In this document: in pieces, positions 13,215 through 24,999 of the stretch | Layout of the letters: each line of letters opens with the position of its first letter | Numbering within the stretch: the stretch's first letter is position 1 | NCBI GenBank assembly: GCA_013239625.1 | Contig: MU057353.1 | Location: forward strand, 5,637,967 to 5,701,966 | Length of the DNA stretch: 64,000 nt | Source: Lama guanicoe | Taxonomy: Eukaryota | Direction: 5' to 3' | Program-made: the position numbers and the translations under genes | Notes under the pieces: model-generated | The model's database searches: none | Told to the model about the DNA's origin: nothing | The model's input: the letters and a program-made list of their open reading frames with translations, nothing else

Positions 13215-14438
13215 ACACTGATATCTGATGATTCAACAAACCAATGGAAAATATTCAGGAAGAAAATAGCAAAAAGTTCCAAAAAGCAAGGCTTAAATTT
13301 GCCAACTACCAGCAACTATTTACATAGCATTTACCCTGTATTTCAAGCCTTGTTCACTTTTGGTGGAACTGTGTATTAGTGTAGCCACTTTAGAAAACAG
13401 TATCGAGATCCCTCAAAAAGTAAAAAGAGAACTACCATATAATCCAGCAATCCCAATCCTGGACATATATATCCAGAAGAAAAACAAAAACAGTAATTTG
13501 AAAAGATACATGCACCCCAATGTTTATAGCAATATCATTTACAATAGCCAAGATATGGAAGTAATCTAAGTGCTTATCAACAGATGAATGAATACAGATG
13601 TGGTATAAATATATATATATATCTATACANNNNNNNNNNNNNNNNNNNNNNNNNNNNNNNNNNNNNNNNNNNNNNNNNNNNNNNNNNNNNNNNNNNNNNN
13701 NNNNNNNNNNNNNNNNNNNNNNNNNNNNNNNNNNNNNNNNNNNNNNNNNNNNNNNNNNNNNNNNCTTGGTGAAATAATTCAGACAGAATGACAAATACGG
13801 TATGTTATTACTTATATGTGGAATCTAAAAGATAAAACAAGTGAATGTATATAACAAAATAGAAACAGACTCACAGATATAGAGAACCAACTAGTGTTAC
13901 CAGAGAGGAGGAAGAAGGAGGGGTGAGTAGGGATAGCAGTAGGGGATTGAGACAAAACTACTATGTATAAAATAGATAAGCAACAAGAATATATAGTGTA
14001 CAGCACAGGGAAACACAGCCATTATTTTGCAGTAACTTAAAATGCAGTAACTTAAAATGGAGTATAAGCTATAAAAATACTGAATCACTGTTGTACAATA
14101 TTAGTTTCAGGTGTAAGTCAACTACACTTCAATTAAAAAAAATTTTTTTAATTCCAGAAAGTTGCAAAAAGCAAAGCTTGAATTGGGCATGCACCAGCTA
14201 CTATTTTCATGGCCTTTACACTGTATTTACAAGCATTTACATAGTACTTACATTGTATTAGGTATTATAAGTAATCTAGAGATGATGTGATGCATACAGG
14301 AGGATGTGTATAGGTTCTATGCAAATACTATGCTAGAACCTATGTTATGTAAGAGAATCGAGCATCTGTGAATCTTGATATCCACGATCAGGGGGAGGGT
14401 GCTGGAATCAATTGCTAACAGATACTGAGGTATGACTG
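13215..14438 (+). mobile_element. MER2/Tigger3-like MITE split by an L1 (parts ~13215-13348 and 14150-14438)
   Basis: Same motifs as the intact copy at 18617-18965 (aaagttccaaaaagcaa..cttgaatttgc, tataagtaatctagagatgat); 3' TIR gatactgaggtatgactg. Confidence 0.75.
13349..14142 (+). mobile_element. 5'-truncated L1 (ORF2 end and 3'UTR, Laurasiatherian/artiodactyl type)
   Basis: gaactaccatataatccagcaatcccaatcctgg, aaaagatacatgcaccccaatgttta, agaaacagactcacagatatagagaa, acagcacagggaa, A tail. Confidence 0.85.
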
Positions 14439-15808
14439 CATTTCAACTACCAGAGATGGAAAATCCAACCACCATCACAGGAGTAACTTCTAGGGCAAGA
14501 ACTGATGGTATTCTCCATGGCATCTTCAACATATAAGCCTTATTATTATTTCTTTCCTCTACACTCTAATGACCTCCTCTCCTACTCATCTTTCAGTTGG
14601 CACTACCCTTGTCCCAGACTTATGATTTAGGCTTGCAAATGGTCTTTACTGGCTGGGCTTACCTTGTAGAGTTAATCACAGTCTCGTCTGTTATTGAGCC
14701 TTATTGTAGGCTGACTATAATACATACAGAATAGAATTAAATTCAGAATCAATAAGCATCAAAGGATCAAGATTTCCTCCTCTTGGTCTAGAAGACAGAA
14801 TATCCTGAGAGGCAATAGTGAAAAGAAAACTCTTGAGGGAGAAGGACATGTCAGTAGAAACCTAGAACAAGTTAGCCAATATGAACATACCAGTCAAGAG
14901 ATCAGAAACTCTTGGAGGATTTTTTTTCATTTGTTAGTGCATTTTCTCATTCACTTATTCAGGAATTGCTTAGGCTACTAGTTATGTACCAATTCCAGTG
15001 CTACATGATGGACAGAGGGAGACAGATCAGATAAATAATTTCCCAAGGGAACTATCAAGTTAGTAAGCAAACTTGTAATTATTTAAATCAGATGTTGATC
15101 AAGCATTTATTGAAGCTGGCTTTGGACCCCATACCAGGTACTAGGGATGCAACACACGCAGTCCCTGCTGTCATGTTCCCCAGCGTTTAGCAGGATAGTA
15201 CTGAGAAACCTCTTCACTCACCATTCATCATCACTAACTCAAGAATCTGCACTTTCCATTCACCAAAGAAATGTGAGATTACCTAATCTCCTGTGGTGCA
15301 CTGAGTAAACCAAGTACAGCTAAGAACAAACAGTAACATATCTGATCAAGACAAATAAAATACTGAAACATTTTGAATAAGATCACTGCATTTGCTAAAT
15401 ATTCCTTCTATTTATGGTAATTACACGATGCCAATTCTTCCATCACATGTGTTTGTTTCCACACCAAGGGCACCTGGAAAATCTTTAGCACCTGGCTAGG
15501 CATTTGTAGTCAGAGCTCAATAAAATGGAGGCAATATTATTGAACTCTGAACCATTTTGCTTTCACATCCATCAGTATAAAATGAGGGGACACATTTCAT
15601 AGGTCCTGTAAGCAAATTTGTCTTTCTACTTTATAGTTACTCCCCATCTATATGAAAATATTCGTATTCTACATAGACAATATAAAACTTGTTCCATTGC
15701 ACCCACATCTGGCCCAAAGCACAGGTATGCCTTGGTTGATTAAGTATTAATGCCATAATAATTCATAGAACAAACTATTTGAGATTACAGTGAATTATAT
15801 CCTCATAG

Positions 15809-15899
15809 TGGGAGGAAGGATATAGGTCAGTAGTACAGTGCATGCTTAACATATATGAGGTCCTGGGTTCAATCCCGAGGACCTTCACTAAAAAAAAAA
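15809..15899 (+). mobile_element. tRNA-Ala-derived SINE (camelid vic-1-like), short form
   Basis: ggatataggtcagtagtacagtgcatgcttaacatatatgaggtcctgggttcaatcc plus poly(A); 16-bp TSD AATTATATCCTCATAG (15793-15808) / AATTATATTCTCATAG (15898-15913). Confidence 0.85.
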
Positions 15900-16624
15900 T
15901 TATATTCTCATAGCAACAACTTTAAGATAGGTCAAATGGCTTCCAGTGTATTTGGTCTCTATTCCTAAATAACTAAGGTTAGATCCGTTATCCAACTGTG
16001 TATGGTGGGCCTTTCATGGATTCAACCCAACACAACAAATCCCTGTGCTTTGGAGTAAATGCAGGTACTCTAACAGCTAGGTTTTTGTTTGTCTTTTTAA
16101 ACAGGGTCCTTACAAAGGGCAAGGTAAAATGGATTTTTACAGTCCCCATCAAGTAAGGCAAGAGGCTAGAAACTCAGGCTTTGTCTTGAGAGGGGAATTT
16201 TGACATTCCCTTATCTCTGTATTTAGCATATCAAGAGACAAGCCTGGTGGACGTGAGTTACTCTTAAGAAGGCAAATGTTCCATTTCTAGACTGGAAATG
16301 CAAAGAAATAGAATTTTCCTTTTCCCTCATCTCAGAGCCAGCAAGAGATGAGGAAAATCAAAGAGATTCTGTAGGACGCACATCTTCCCACATCCCACAT
16401 TCCCTGATCCATCACCACGTTGTACACCTTAAATATACACAATCTTTATTTTTAGAAAAATTTTAGAAGACATAATGCAGGAACATTAGCCCCCTCCTCA
16501 TACTCAAGGAAGCTTAATCTTAATTTGAAGTGAGAGAAATACTTGGAAATATACCAATAACTGAGTCCTACAGACATACCTAAACGAGGGGCATTAGGCT
16601 TTTCTTGCCTTAACTCCTAACAGT

Positions 16625-16795
16625 TAATAAAAATAGGTGATACTCATTCATAAAGCACATCTGGCCAGGCACTGCTGTAAGTGCTTTAGATACATTAACT
16701 CATTTAGTCCTTACAATGATCTTATGGGGGAAGGTCTAAATTGTAGCCCCACTTTGTAGATGAGGAGACTGAGACAGAGAGAGATGAAGTAAATG
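16625..16795 (-). mobile_element. MIR
   Basis: ccaggcactgctgtaagtgcttta...ttaactcatttagtccttacaa...cccactttgtagatgaggagactgagacagagagagatgaagtaa. Confidence 0.75.
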
Positions 16796-17494
16796 GACGG
16801 ATTTTAAGCTTCATGCCTATCTCTTATGGCCCCTTAGTTACCGTCACCTCCTGTTGCTTTTCTTTCTTTCTTTGCTAGTTTTTTTCCCCTTAAGATGCAG
16901 ATCTCCCATATTTCCTCAGTTGTACTCACTCCTCTTTGAGGTTCTGGAGTTCTTTTATTTCTGTACCTCCCATAGTACCTAGCATAGTGCTGTTATGACA
17001 TGTACTGTTCAGAGAGTAGAGTGATTTTTTTTAATGTCAAATACTCCCTTACCCAGAAAACCCTGCAACAGTTTGAACTCAATGCAAGGAGTGACTCTAT
17101 CCCAAAATGGTGATATAAAATATCCATCCATTGTCACAGCATAAACCAGATATTGATCATAACAAAGATACACAGTCTTGGTGTTGGAGACACAGCTCTG
17201 CAGTAACACATGGCTACCTTCAGTGTTATGAAGATAATATTTGAAAGAATTATTGCTGTTTATGTAAGTTAAATATTACTAAGGACACAGAATTTAATGG
17301 CTGCAGTAAAAACACTTTGCAAAAACTATGAGCTTTTTTTCCCCTTAAAGGCACAAGAGCAAGACCAAGCCAAGAGAAATAAGCACACTACAGGACACAA
17401 ATCGGAGAACAGCAAGTCTTTCCAGGGCCACACGTTTTAAGGATTATCAGCCATCCCATAAGGAGAAGGAATTATAGGCATCTAAGTATCTACC

Positions 17495-17605
17495 TTTTTT
17501 TTAAAATTTAATTGAAGTATAGTCAGTTACAATGTGTCAATTTCTGGTGTACAGCACAATGTCCCAGCCATACATATACATACATATATTCATTTTCATA
17601 TTCAT
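17495..17605 (-). mobile_element. Young L1 extreme 3' end (camelid type)
   Basis: T tract then attgaagtatagtcagttacaatgtgtcaatttctggtgtacagcacaatgtcccag; reverse complement of the L1 end at ~54915-55000. Confidence 0.85.
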
Positions 17606-18616
17606 TTTCTACTTTAAACTGAATGGAACTCTCATTATCCTCTACATTGCAGTTATACTACTTCACATTATAGTTTTTTGTCATCTTTACAATGATCCAA
17701 GTTCCAAACGGCACTCAAATCATGTTATAAATAAATTACTGAACTGGCCATGGGGGAAGACCCTGCCTGAGGAGTGAAGACAGATGTTAAGGACCAGACA
17801 GAGCCAACAAGCAAGCCACACTCCTTTCATCTGGGGATGTAAATTACCACCAGATATTCAATAAGTGTTCACCAGTGTTTGGTGTAGTCTTGTAGAGAGC
17901 CCCTTACTGGTCCTTTAACATACCTCGTTCTTTTGGACTCTAGCATAATATACTACCAGAGACAGCTTGTAACGGAAGCTGTGTGGTTGGATTTAATGTG
18001 TTTTTCCTACTGCCTTAGTTGCCAAGAGACATTTCAGCAACAAGAAAATAAGGTTATTTTTTTTTCTTCATTTCAGCAAATACTAAGAGCAAACTTTTTA
18101 TTTCTAAGTAGACTTGATGCATCACACGTATTGATTAATTAATGGCCCATTCCCTTGAAATAAGGTAAATAAAATGCTCTTATCCCAGATAACAAATGAG
18201 GAAGACGGGCAGAAATAGGCTTAGTGCCTTGCCCAAGGCCATTCTCTACGCCAGAGAGCCTCAGCTTTGACACTTTGCCCTCAATTCAATCTCCAAAGAT
18301 GCATTTCTGAACTTTAATAATAGCATAATTGCTAGAGAAGGAACACTGTGCCCATTTCAAGATACTGAAACAATTACATACAAAAACATTCTTTTCCAGA
18401 TTCTGACATCTCCATTTAGCACATCCAAACTCATGTTTTTCCCCAAAATCTATTGGTCAACATTTGGTGCCATGATACTACCTAATCTTTATGAAAATGC
18501 TGAGATCACGCCAAGGGCATGGAGTGAATTTTCACAGTAACCACTCACTAGTCCCAAAACTCTCTAGTTTTAGAGAAGCATGAAGAGACTTTTTGCTGAG
18601 CTTTCACTGAACAGTA

Positions 18617-18965
18617 AAGTCAGCCCTCAATATCCAAGGTTCCACGTCTGTGGAGTCAAACAATTATGGATTGAAAATCTTTAGAGAGAAAAAAAAAGTT
18701 CCAGAAAGTTCCAAAGAGAAAAACTTGAATTTGCCATGCACCAGCAACTATTTACATAGCTTTTACATTGTATTATATATTTTAAGTAATTTAGAAATAG
18801 TTTAAATTATCCTGTAGGATGCTCATACTTTAAAGTATACAGGAGGATGTTCATCAGTTATATGCAAATACCATATCATTTTATATAAGATACTTGAGCA
18901 TCCACAGATTTTGGTATCCACAGAGGTCTTGGAACCAATTCCTCGGGGATACTGAGGGATGACTA
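18617..18965 (+). mobile_element. Full-length MER2/Tigger3-like MITE
   Basis: TIRs agtcagccctcaatatcc / ggatactgagggatgact, preceded by TA; internal ~28-bp tandem duplication at ~18801-18856. Confidence 0.8.
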
Positions 18966-19054
18966 ACTTCATCTAAGGCAGTGAGGTCAGATAGAGTAAG
19001 GGTCAAGGGAGGCCTACATACTGAGTACAGTCCTTCTGAAGTTCAGTTAACTTC

Positions 19055-19466
19055 ACTTTAACTGAAATATAGTTGACGTACAACACTGTTAATTTCAAGT
19101 GTACAGCAAAGTGATTTAGATATTTATTCTTTCTCAGATTCTTTTCCATTATAGGTTATTACAAGATACTAAATATAGTTATTTCCCTATGCATTAGGAC
19201 CTTGCTGTTTATCTATTTTATATATACTGGTTTGTACCTGCTAATCCAAAATTCCTAATTTATCCCTCCCCATCTCTTTCCCCTTAACCGTAAGTTTGTT
19301 TTCTGTGTCTGTGAGTCTGTTTCTTTTTTATATATAGATTCGCTTGTATTTTTGTTAGATTTGACATAAGTAATATCATATATTTCTCTTTCTGTGACTA
19401 TGATATTCTGTCTAGGTCCACCCATGTTGCTGCAAATGGCAATATTCCATTCTTTTTCATGGCCGA
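19055..19466 (-). mobile_element. L1 3' fragment (artiodactyl type)
   Basis: aactgaaatatagttgacgtacaa...ttttccattataggttattacaagatact...ccatgttgctgcaaatggcaatatt; AGTTAAC flanks both ends. Confidence 0.8.
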
Positions 19467-22199
19467 GTTAACGTTACTATTAAACACAAATATGTCACCA
19501 AGTCGCCTGGAGAGCTTTTAAGAAATACATTCCCACACCCCATCCCTGACCAGGGGAAAGGCCTAAGAATCTGTATACAAAGCACTCCACTAGTCAGTGC
19601 CCCTATATTCAGAATAATTCCTAGTTCGCACCAAGCAGACCCTTAAATGTTTGTGGTTGGCTACAGGGATCCTGCTTTCAAAAACATTTTGGATCTATCG
19701 TATGAGATAGGTTAGGTCTATTACCCCCACTATTGAGATGGCAAAACTTACACATATGAGTATATGATTTTTCCCGTGTTACCCTGAAGATTCATGAAGA
19801 GACAGTAGTAAACCCAAGGCTCATGCCTTCTAGCCTTTTCCTCCTAATATACACGTTTCCCCATTCAATATCCTGTTGAACAGTGAGTTATTATCATATA
19901 GGCTACAGCCTATACGAAAAAATTAGATTCCTTAATATACGACTTTTCACTAGTACATATAGAAGAAAGCAGTTAAAACAAACTCCTGACACTTAATTGG
20001 GCAAGTTTCAGCTATGTGCAGAACACAGCTATGGACAAATGCGTATTTCCCACCCATATTAGAGCCAAGGAACATAGCTTCATTATGGGGGAAAAAAATC
20101 ACTCTGCTGTTAATCTACTATTGTGTGACATCAACAACTCCAACAACAGTTGACAGATAGTTGGCCAAGATGATAAGCCCAAGGTCTTCTGACTTGAGGC
20201 ATGTTCAGAAGCTTTGAAACAGACTTTGGGAAACAGATCTGAAACTGCCCTCTCCTTGCAGTGCCAACTTACACAGAGACGTCTGAAAAAGAAGCATGAC
20301 TCAATACATGCCTTCCAATCACAAATGGCAGCAAGTCGACACTACTGTCCTCAGCGTTGCTCCTGCCACCACAAAACAATGCCACTGTCTTAAATAAGTC
20401 CCTGTGTTTCACCATCCAGAACTTGGCTAGGTGCCAAAAAAGGCTTGGACACCTCAAGTTTGGTCCATTTGGATACAGTCTTACAGCAGCAGAAGGTAGA
20501 TAATTACAGACCTCTGTCAGCATCACTCTATTGTCAACCCAGAGGGCACTGAAATCCTTGGATGTGCCACCCTCCAGACTTCTGTCCAATTAACTGGGGA
20601 CCAGAGGGCTGGCAGAAATGTTTGCCTCAGCGGGGCAAGAGGCCAGCATGGACCTGGGCTACGTGCCTGGAAGGCTGAGCAACAAAGGCCCAACAACATT
20701 ATTGATTCATTTTATTTTTAGATGCTTCAAAGAAAACTCAATCTAGTTCATTAAGATTAAGATGTTATAATTAGCAAAAAAGTACAGACCAATATGTTTT
20801 CCTTCAAGTGTACATGGCGTATATCTAAGCAAGGAGAATTAGAACCCCAGTTAACCAAAGAACAGCTTTTTAAACTATAAAATGCTTCCCAGTGTATGTT
20901 CATATAGACTACTATTACTAGCCCTTCAATCTTATATAATAACTAAACTGTTATAATGCTACATAAGATATTTTCTTATTGTGGTTCAGAGTTTACAATT
21001 GACTTATCCAGAATAGAATATGATTACCTAATCTTATATTTAAAATATCAGCATAAAAAAACCTTCATTTACAGCTTGCTCACACAAAAAAACCCTTAGA
21101 AATGCAATATTAACAGATGCATCCACATACACAACAGCAAAACAAGGCTGAAAACTGATCAGTGTTAAAGAGAGACGAAGTGAGAAATATGAAAGTCTCA
21201 TTTGTTAAAGATGAATATGCCTAAAAGATTCATGCCCAAAGCCCTAAACTTATCCCCACAGACCACTTTCCTACATAGCTCCATGGACCATCTTCAAAGG
21301 GCTAAGTGGATCAAACAGAATAAGACTGAAAGAACATGGAATTCATTATTTTGTTCAAAGGAAATGGAGAGTAAACAATACTAAAGACAAAGTTAAGCCT
21401 GATCAGTCTGAACAGAAAGTATCATCTAATTATGCTAGTCCGGATTCAAGGGGGAAAAGCAGCCACACGTGGGCCCTTCCGGCTTTTCAGCCTCTCCCGG
21501 ACCTGACAGTGCAGAGGAACATTACAGGTATTCAGCAGATTTAGCCACAACGTGGCCGGTGACACGTTTTCCATCCCAACGACAGTAAATTCACACACTG
21601 CACAGCAATGCAATCATCCGGTGCCGCAGCGGAGCTTATAGAAAAAACAAGGGTTCCACTTCAGGCAGCCAAATTTCCTGAGAAACACCTTTTCAAGATG
21701 CAAGTCAATCTGAAAATGACTTATGAGATGTAGAATCTCGAGATGGACCAACTATTTTACATCTTGGTTTCTCTGCTTCCGATCTTCCGTTTGCAAAATA
21801 CAGTATTAATTCAGGCCAACCCAGTATGTCAGGATGGCTGCTCCCTTAAACAGGATGCAAACTGAGGCCGCTGCAGTATGAGGCATCAAGAACAAGGCAC
21901 TTCTCAATGAGCTTAGAACAGGGTCCCACTGCCACTCGCCCCTAAAATGATACGGGGTAAAATAAGATGTAGGCAAAGCAAATACCCCTGTGGTAATAGC
22001 AGTAAATATTTGGAACTGCAGTTCCAAATGAGCACGGGAAGAAGCTGCAGATCTGAGAGCCAAAACCAGATGAAACGTAATTACCTGAGTGGCCAGAAGC
22101 CACAATCGTACTCTACGAGGGCTTTTAATCATGACCCTATTCATAAACGTTTGTTTGGGGCCTACTCTGCATCTCAAATAGCAAGGGTTCGAAGCATGA

Positions 22200-22380
22200 T
22201 TATTACTATTTCATTATTAACTTCACTATCCCATTCTGTCCTTGCATTTATCCTTGTAAAAAGGTAGGTGTCATTATCACACCCATTTTCAGCTAGGTCA
22301 TCTGTGATGGCTCTAAGAATTTAAGGGACATATCCCAGTATTACAGCTAGTATACACGGCCAACTCCAGGCCTCTCTGAC
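22200..22380 (-). mobile_element. MIR
   Basis: aggtaggtgtcattatcacacccattttcagctagg...cccagtattacagctagta. Confidence 0.55.
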
Positions 22381-22460
22381 ACCAGTTACCTTTCAAACAT
22401 TGCTTCCCCAACAGTCCCAATACAGCTCAGTGTATCCCATGTACAACATCAAGGATGCCG

Positions 22461-22932
22461 AGTGGTAGGCGGGATAATGCCCCAGCTCCCCACCCCCCCA
22501 TCCCCGCCCTGGTCCACACCTAACCCCCAGAACCAGTATTGTTTGTATGGTAAAAAAGGGTTATGGTTGTAGCTGAAATTAAGGTTACTAACCAACTGAC
22601 TTGGAGATGGAGAGATTACCCAGGATGATTCGGGGTTGCCCAACGTAACCGGAAGCAGAAGGCAAAAAGGGAGAACCGAAGACATGGTAGCCAGAGACTC
22701 AACCAGCAGTTGCCAGTTTGGAAGGTGGAAGGGGGCTATCAAGCCAAGGAATGAGCGTAGCCTCTAGAAGCTACAAAGAGAAGGATGCCACAGTAGGAAC
22801 TCCTGAAAGAATGAGGCCCTGATGACATTTTGATTTTAGCCCTCTGGGATCCATTTAGGAATTCTGACCACCAGAATTTAAAAGTAAATGTATATTGTTT
22901 TAAGCCACATATTGCAAATAGGAAACTAGATC
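22461..22932 (+). mobile_element. MaLR LTR, MLT1D/E-like
   Basis: tggtaggcgggataatgcccc...aaattaaggttactaaccaactgactt...gagattacccaggatgatt...agccaaggaatg...ttttaagccac...ggaaacta. Confidence 0.75.
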
Positions 22933-23069
22933 CCAGGATGCTTAAGCACTTAAAAGCATGTGAAAACATGGTCAACTTCACCCATGCTTAGAGAAATAAA
23001 AATTAAAACAAGATGATCTTTTTCTTCTGTGAAATTTGACAAAAAGAAACAAAGTTTGATAAACCTAGT

Positions 23070-23330
23070 CCTGGTAAATTCTACCACACACTTAGTGTCT
23101 TGAACAACAAAAATTTATTATGTGACAGTTCTGGAGGTGAAGTCTGAAATGAGCCTTCAGAGAGCAAAAATCAAAGTATCAGCAAGACTGAATTCCTTCT
23201 GGAAGAAGAGACCCCTTTTCCTTGTCTTTTCTGACTTCTAGAAGCCATCAACGTTTGGGGGTTATGGCCCCTTCCTTGCACCCCATCTTCACATCTCTGA
23301 CTCTCATCCTCTCCTCCCTCTTATTACTTA
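23070..23330 (-). mobile_element. MaLR LTR fragment (MLT1)
   Basis: taccacacacttagtgtcttgaacaacaaaaatttatt...acagttctggagg..aagtctgaaatgag...ttccttctggaag. Confidence 0.65.
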
Positions 23331-24965
23331 TTTGTATCTTGTCTACACATTCTCGATACATATTTGTATGAGTTTTTTTTAATATATTCCTGATATGAAT
23401 GATTTTTAAGGACATATATTGAGATTCTTTTCCCAGTCTTTGACTTGCCTTCTTAATGTTACCTTTGATTAAGGTAAGTTTTAAATTTTCTTAGGTCCAG
23501 CTTAACATCATCTGTTATCCCTTCATTATTACTGCTTTTTGTATTTAAAAAAATAAGTTTCTTGTCTGAAGTGGCAGAATTATCCCCTCTAAAGTTTTCT
23601 TCTAGGATTTTCCTAATATAACTCTCACCTTTGTTAATGTTTGCAAGACATTTCAAGGTAATGTTTCTGTATGGTGTGGGGTATGAACAATTTTTTTTTC
23701 CTCATAGATATTCAGTTGTGCCTCCATCATTTCTTGAAAATACTTTCCTCTGCCTATTGAGTGGCATTGGCATGTTTGTCAAAAAAAATTTGGCCATAGG
23801 TGTGAGGGTCTATTCCTGGACTCGCCTTTCCATTTCAATGATCTATTTGTCTATTCCTTATTTCAATACGTTACTACCACTACTACTACTGCTGCCACTA
23901 TTTTAACTGCTATAGATCTGAACTAAGTCTTACAATCAGGTAGTGTAAATCCTCCAAATTTGTAATTTCCCAGGATTGTTTTATCTATTCTAGATTTTCT
24001 ACATTCACATATAAACTTTAGTGTAATCTTGGCAATTCCTATATAAAAAAAAACTGCTGGGGGCTGGCTTGTAATTGCAAGGAATCTACAGGGCAATTTG
24101 GGGAGAACTGACAAGTTATAAGTAATTAGTCTCTAATCTATGACCATAGTATGTGTGTTTATTTTTAGACTCATTTATTTTTCTTTTCAACGTTTTGTAG
24201 ATTTGGGGTAGAGGCCTTACACATTTTTTGTCATTTCCAATTATCAACTGCGAGTAAAAAGAAATCCAAGTTATTTTTATATTTAACATTATGTCCTAAA
24301 GTCCTGCAGATTTCACGTGTTAGGTCTGATACTTTGACTTTTCAATATACACAATTTCTTGCTCAATTATTATGCCTCTTATTCTACTATTTCCCTAATC
24401 TTTAGGCTAAAACCTCTAGTACAATGTTGAATAGAAGTTGGAAGAGTGTTCATATGCTGCTTGTTTTAGGAATTTTACAGATGTCCTTTATCAGGTTGAA
24501 AAAAATCTCCTATATATTAGAGTGTTTTTCCATGAAAGGGTTTCGGATGTCATCAACAAATTTTTTATATCTATTGATCTGACTGTATGATTTTTCTGAT
24601 TTACTTTGTTATTGGGATGAATTGCATTGATCAAGTCTCAAATGTTAACTAATCTTACATTTCTGGGGCAGATCTCAGTTGGTCATCAAGTATTATGTCT
24701 TTTAATATCACTAGATCTGATTTACTAATATTTTGTTCAAGATTTTTGCATCTATATTCATAAAGGATGTGACTAATTTTCTTTTCTTAAACTATCATTT
24801 CCAACTTTTGCTACTAGGGCTACACTAATTTGTTCACTAGAACATATTAGAAAATGTTCTCTATTTTATGAAGGTGTTTGTTGTACAAAATGTTATTTCT
24901 TTTATATGTTTGACAGAATAATGCAATTATGCCTTCAGGACCACAGTTCTCTGTAGCAAAGGTTT
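23330..24965 (-). mobile_element. Old L1 (L1M) ORF2 remnant
   Basis: Antisense ORF2 motifs; the ORF track gives remnants such as MSVLPKLPCRFLAI...LKFICECRKSRIDKTIL...GGFTLPDCKT. Confidence 0.75.
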
Positions 24966-24999
24966 TTAATTGTCTGTTTCTTTATGTGCCAATTTTGGT

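Noticed and set aside
16105-16152. Other small AG...GT exon-like stretches (16105-16123 or 16152, ~12634-12658, ~20273-20282 minus)
   Set aside because: Weak sites or lengths that break frame, and no recognisable peptide. They show how often pseudo-exons arise by chance here.
22480-22510. G-quadruplex-like tracts (minus strand here; plus strand at ~44685-44713)
   Set aside because: Short isolated motifs, one inside an LTR, with no supporting context.
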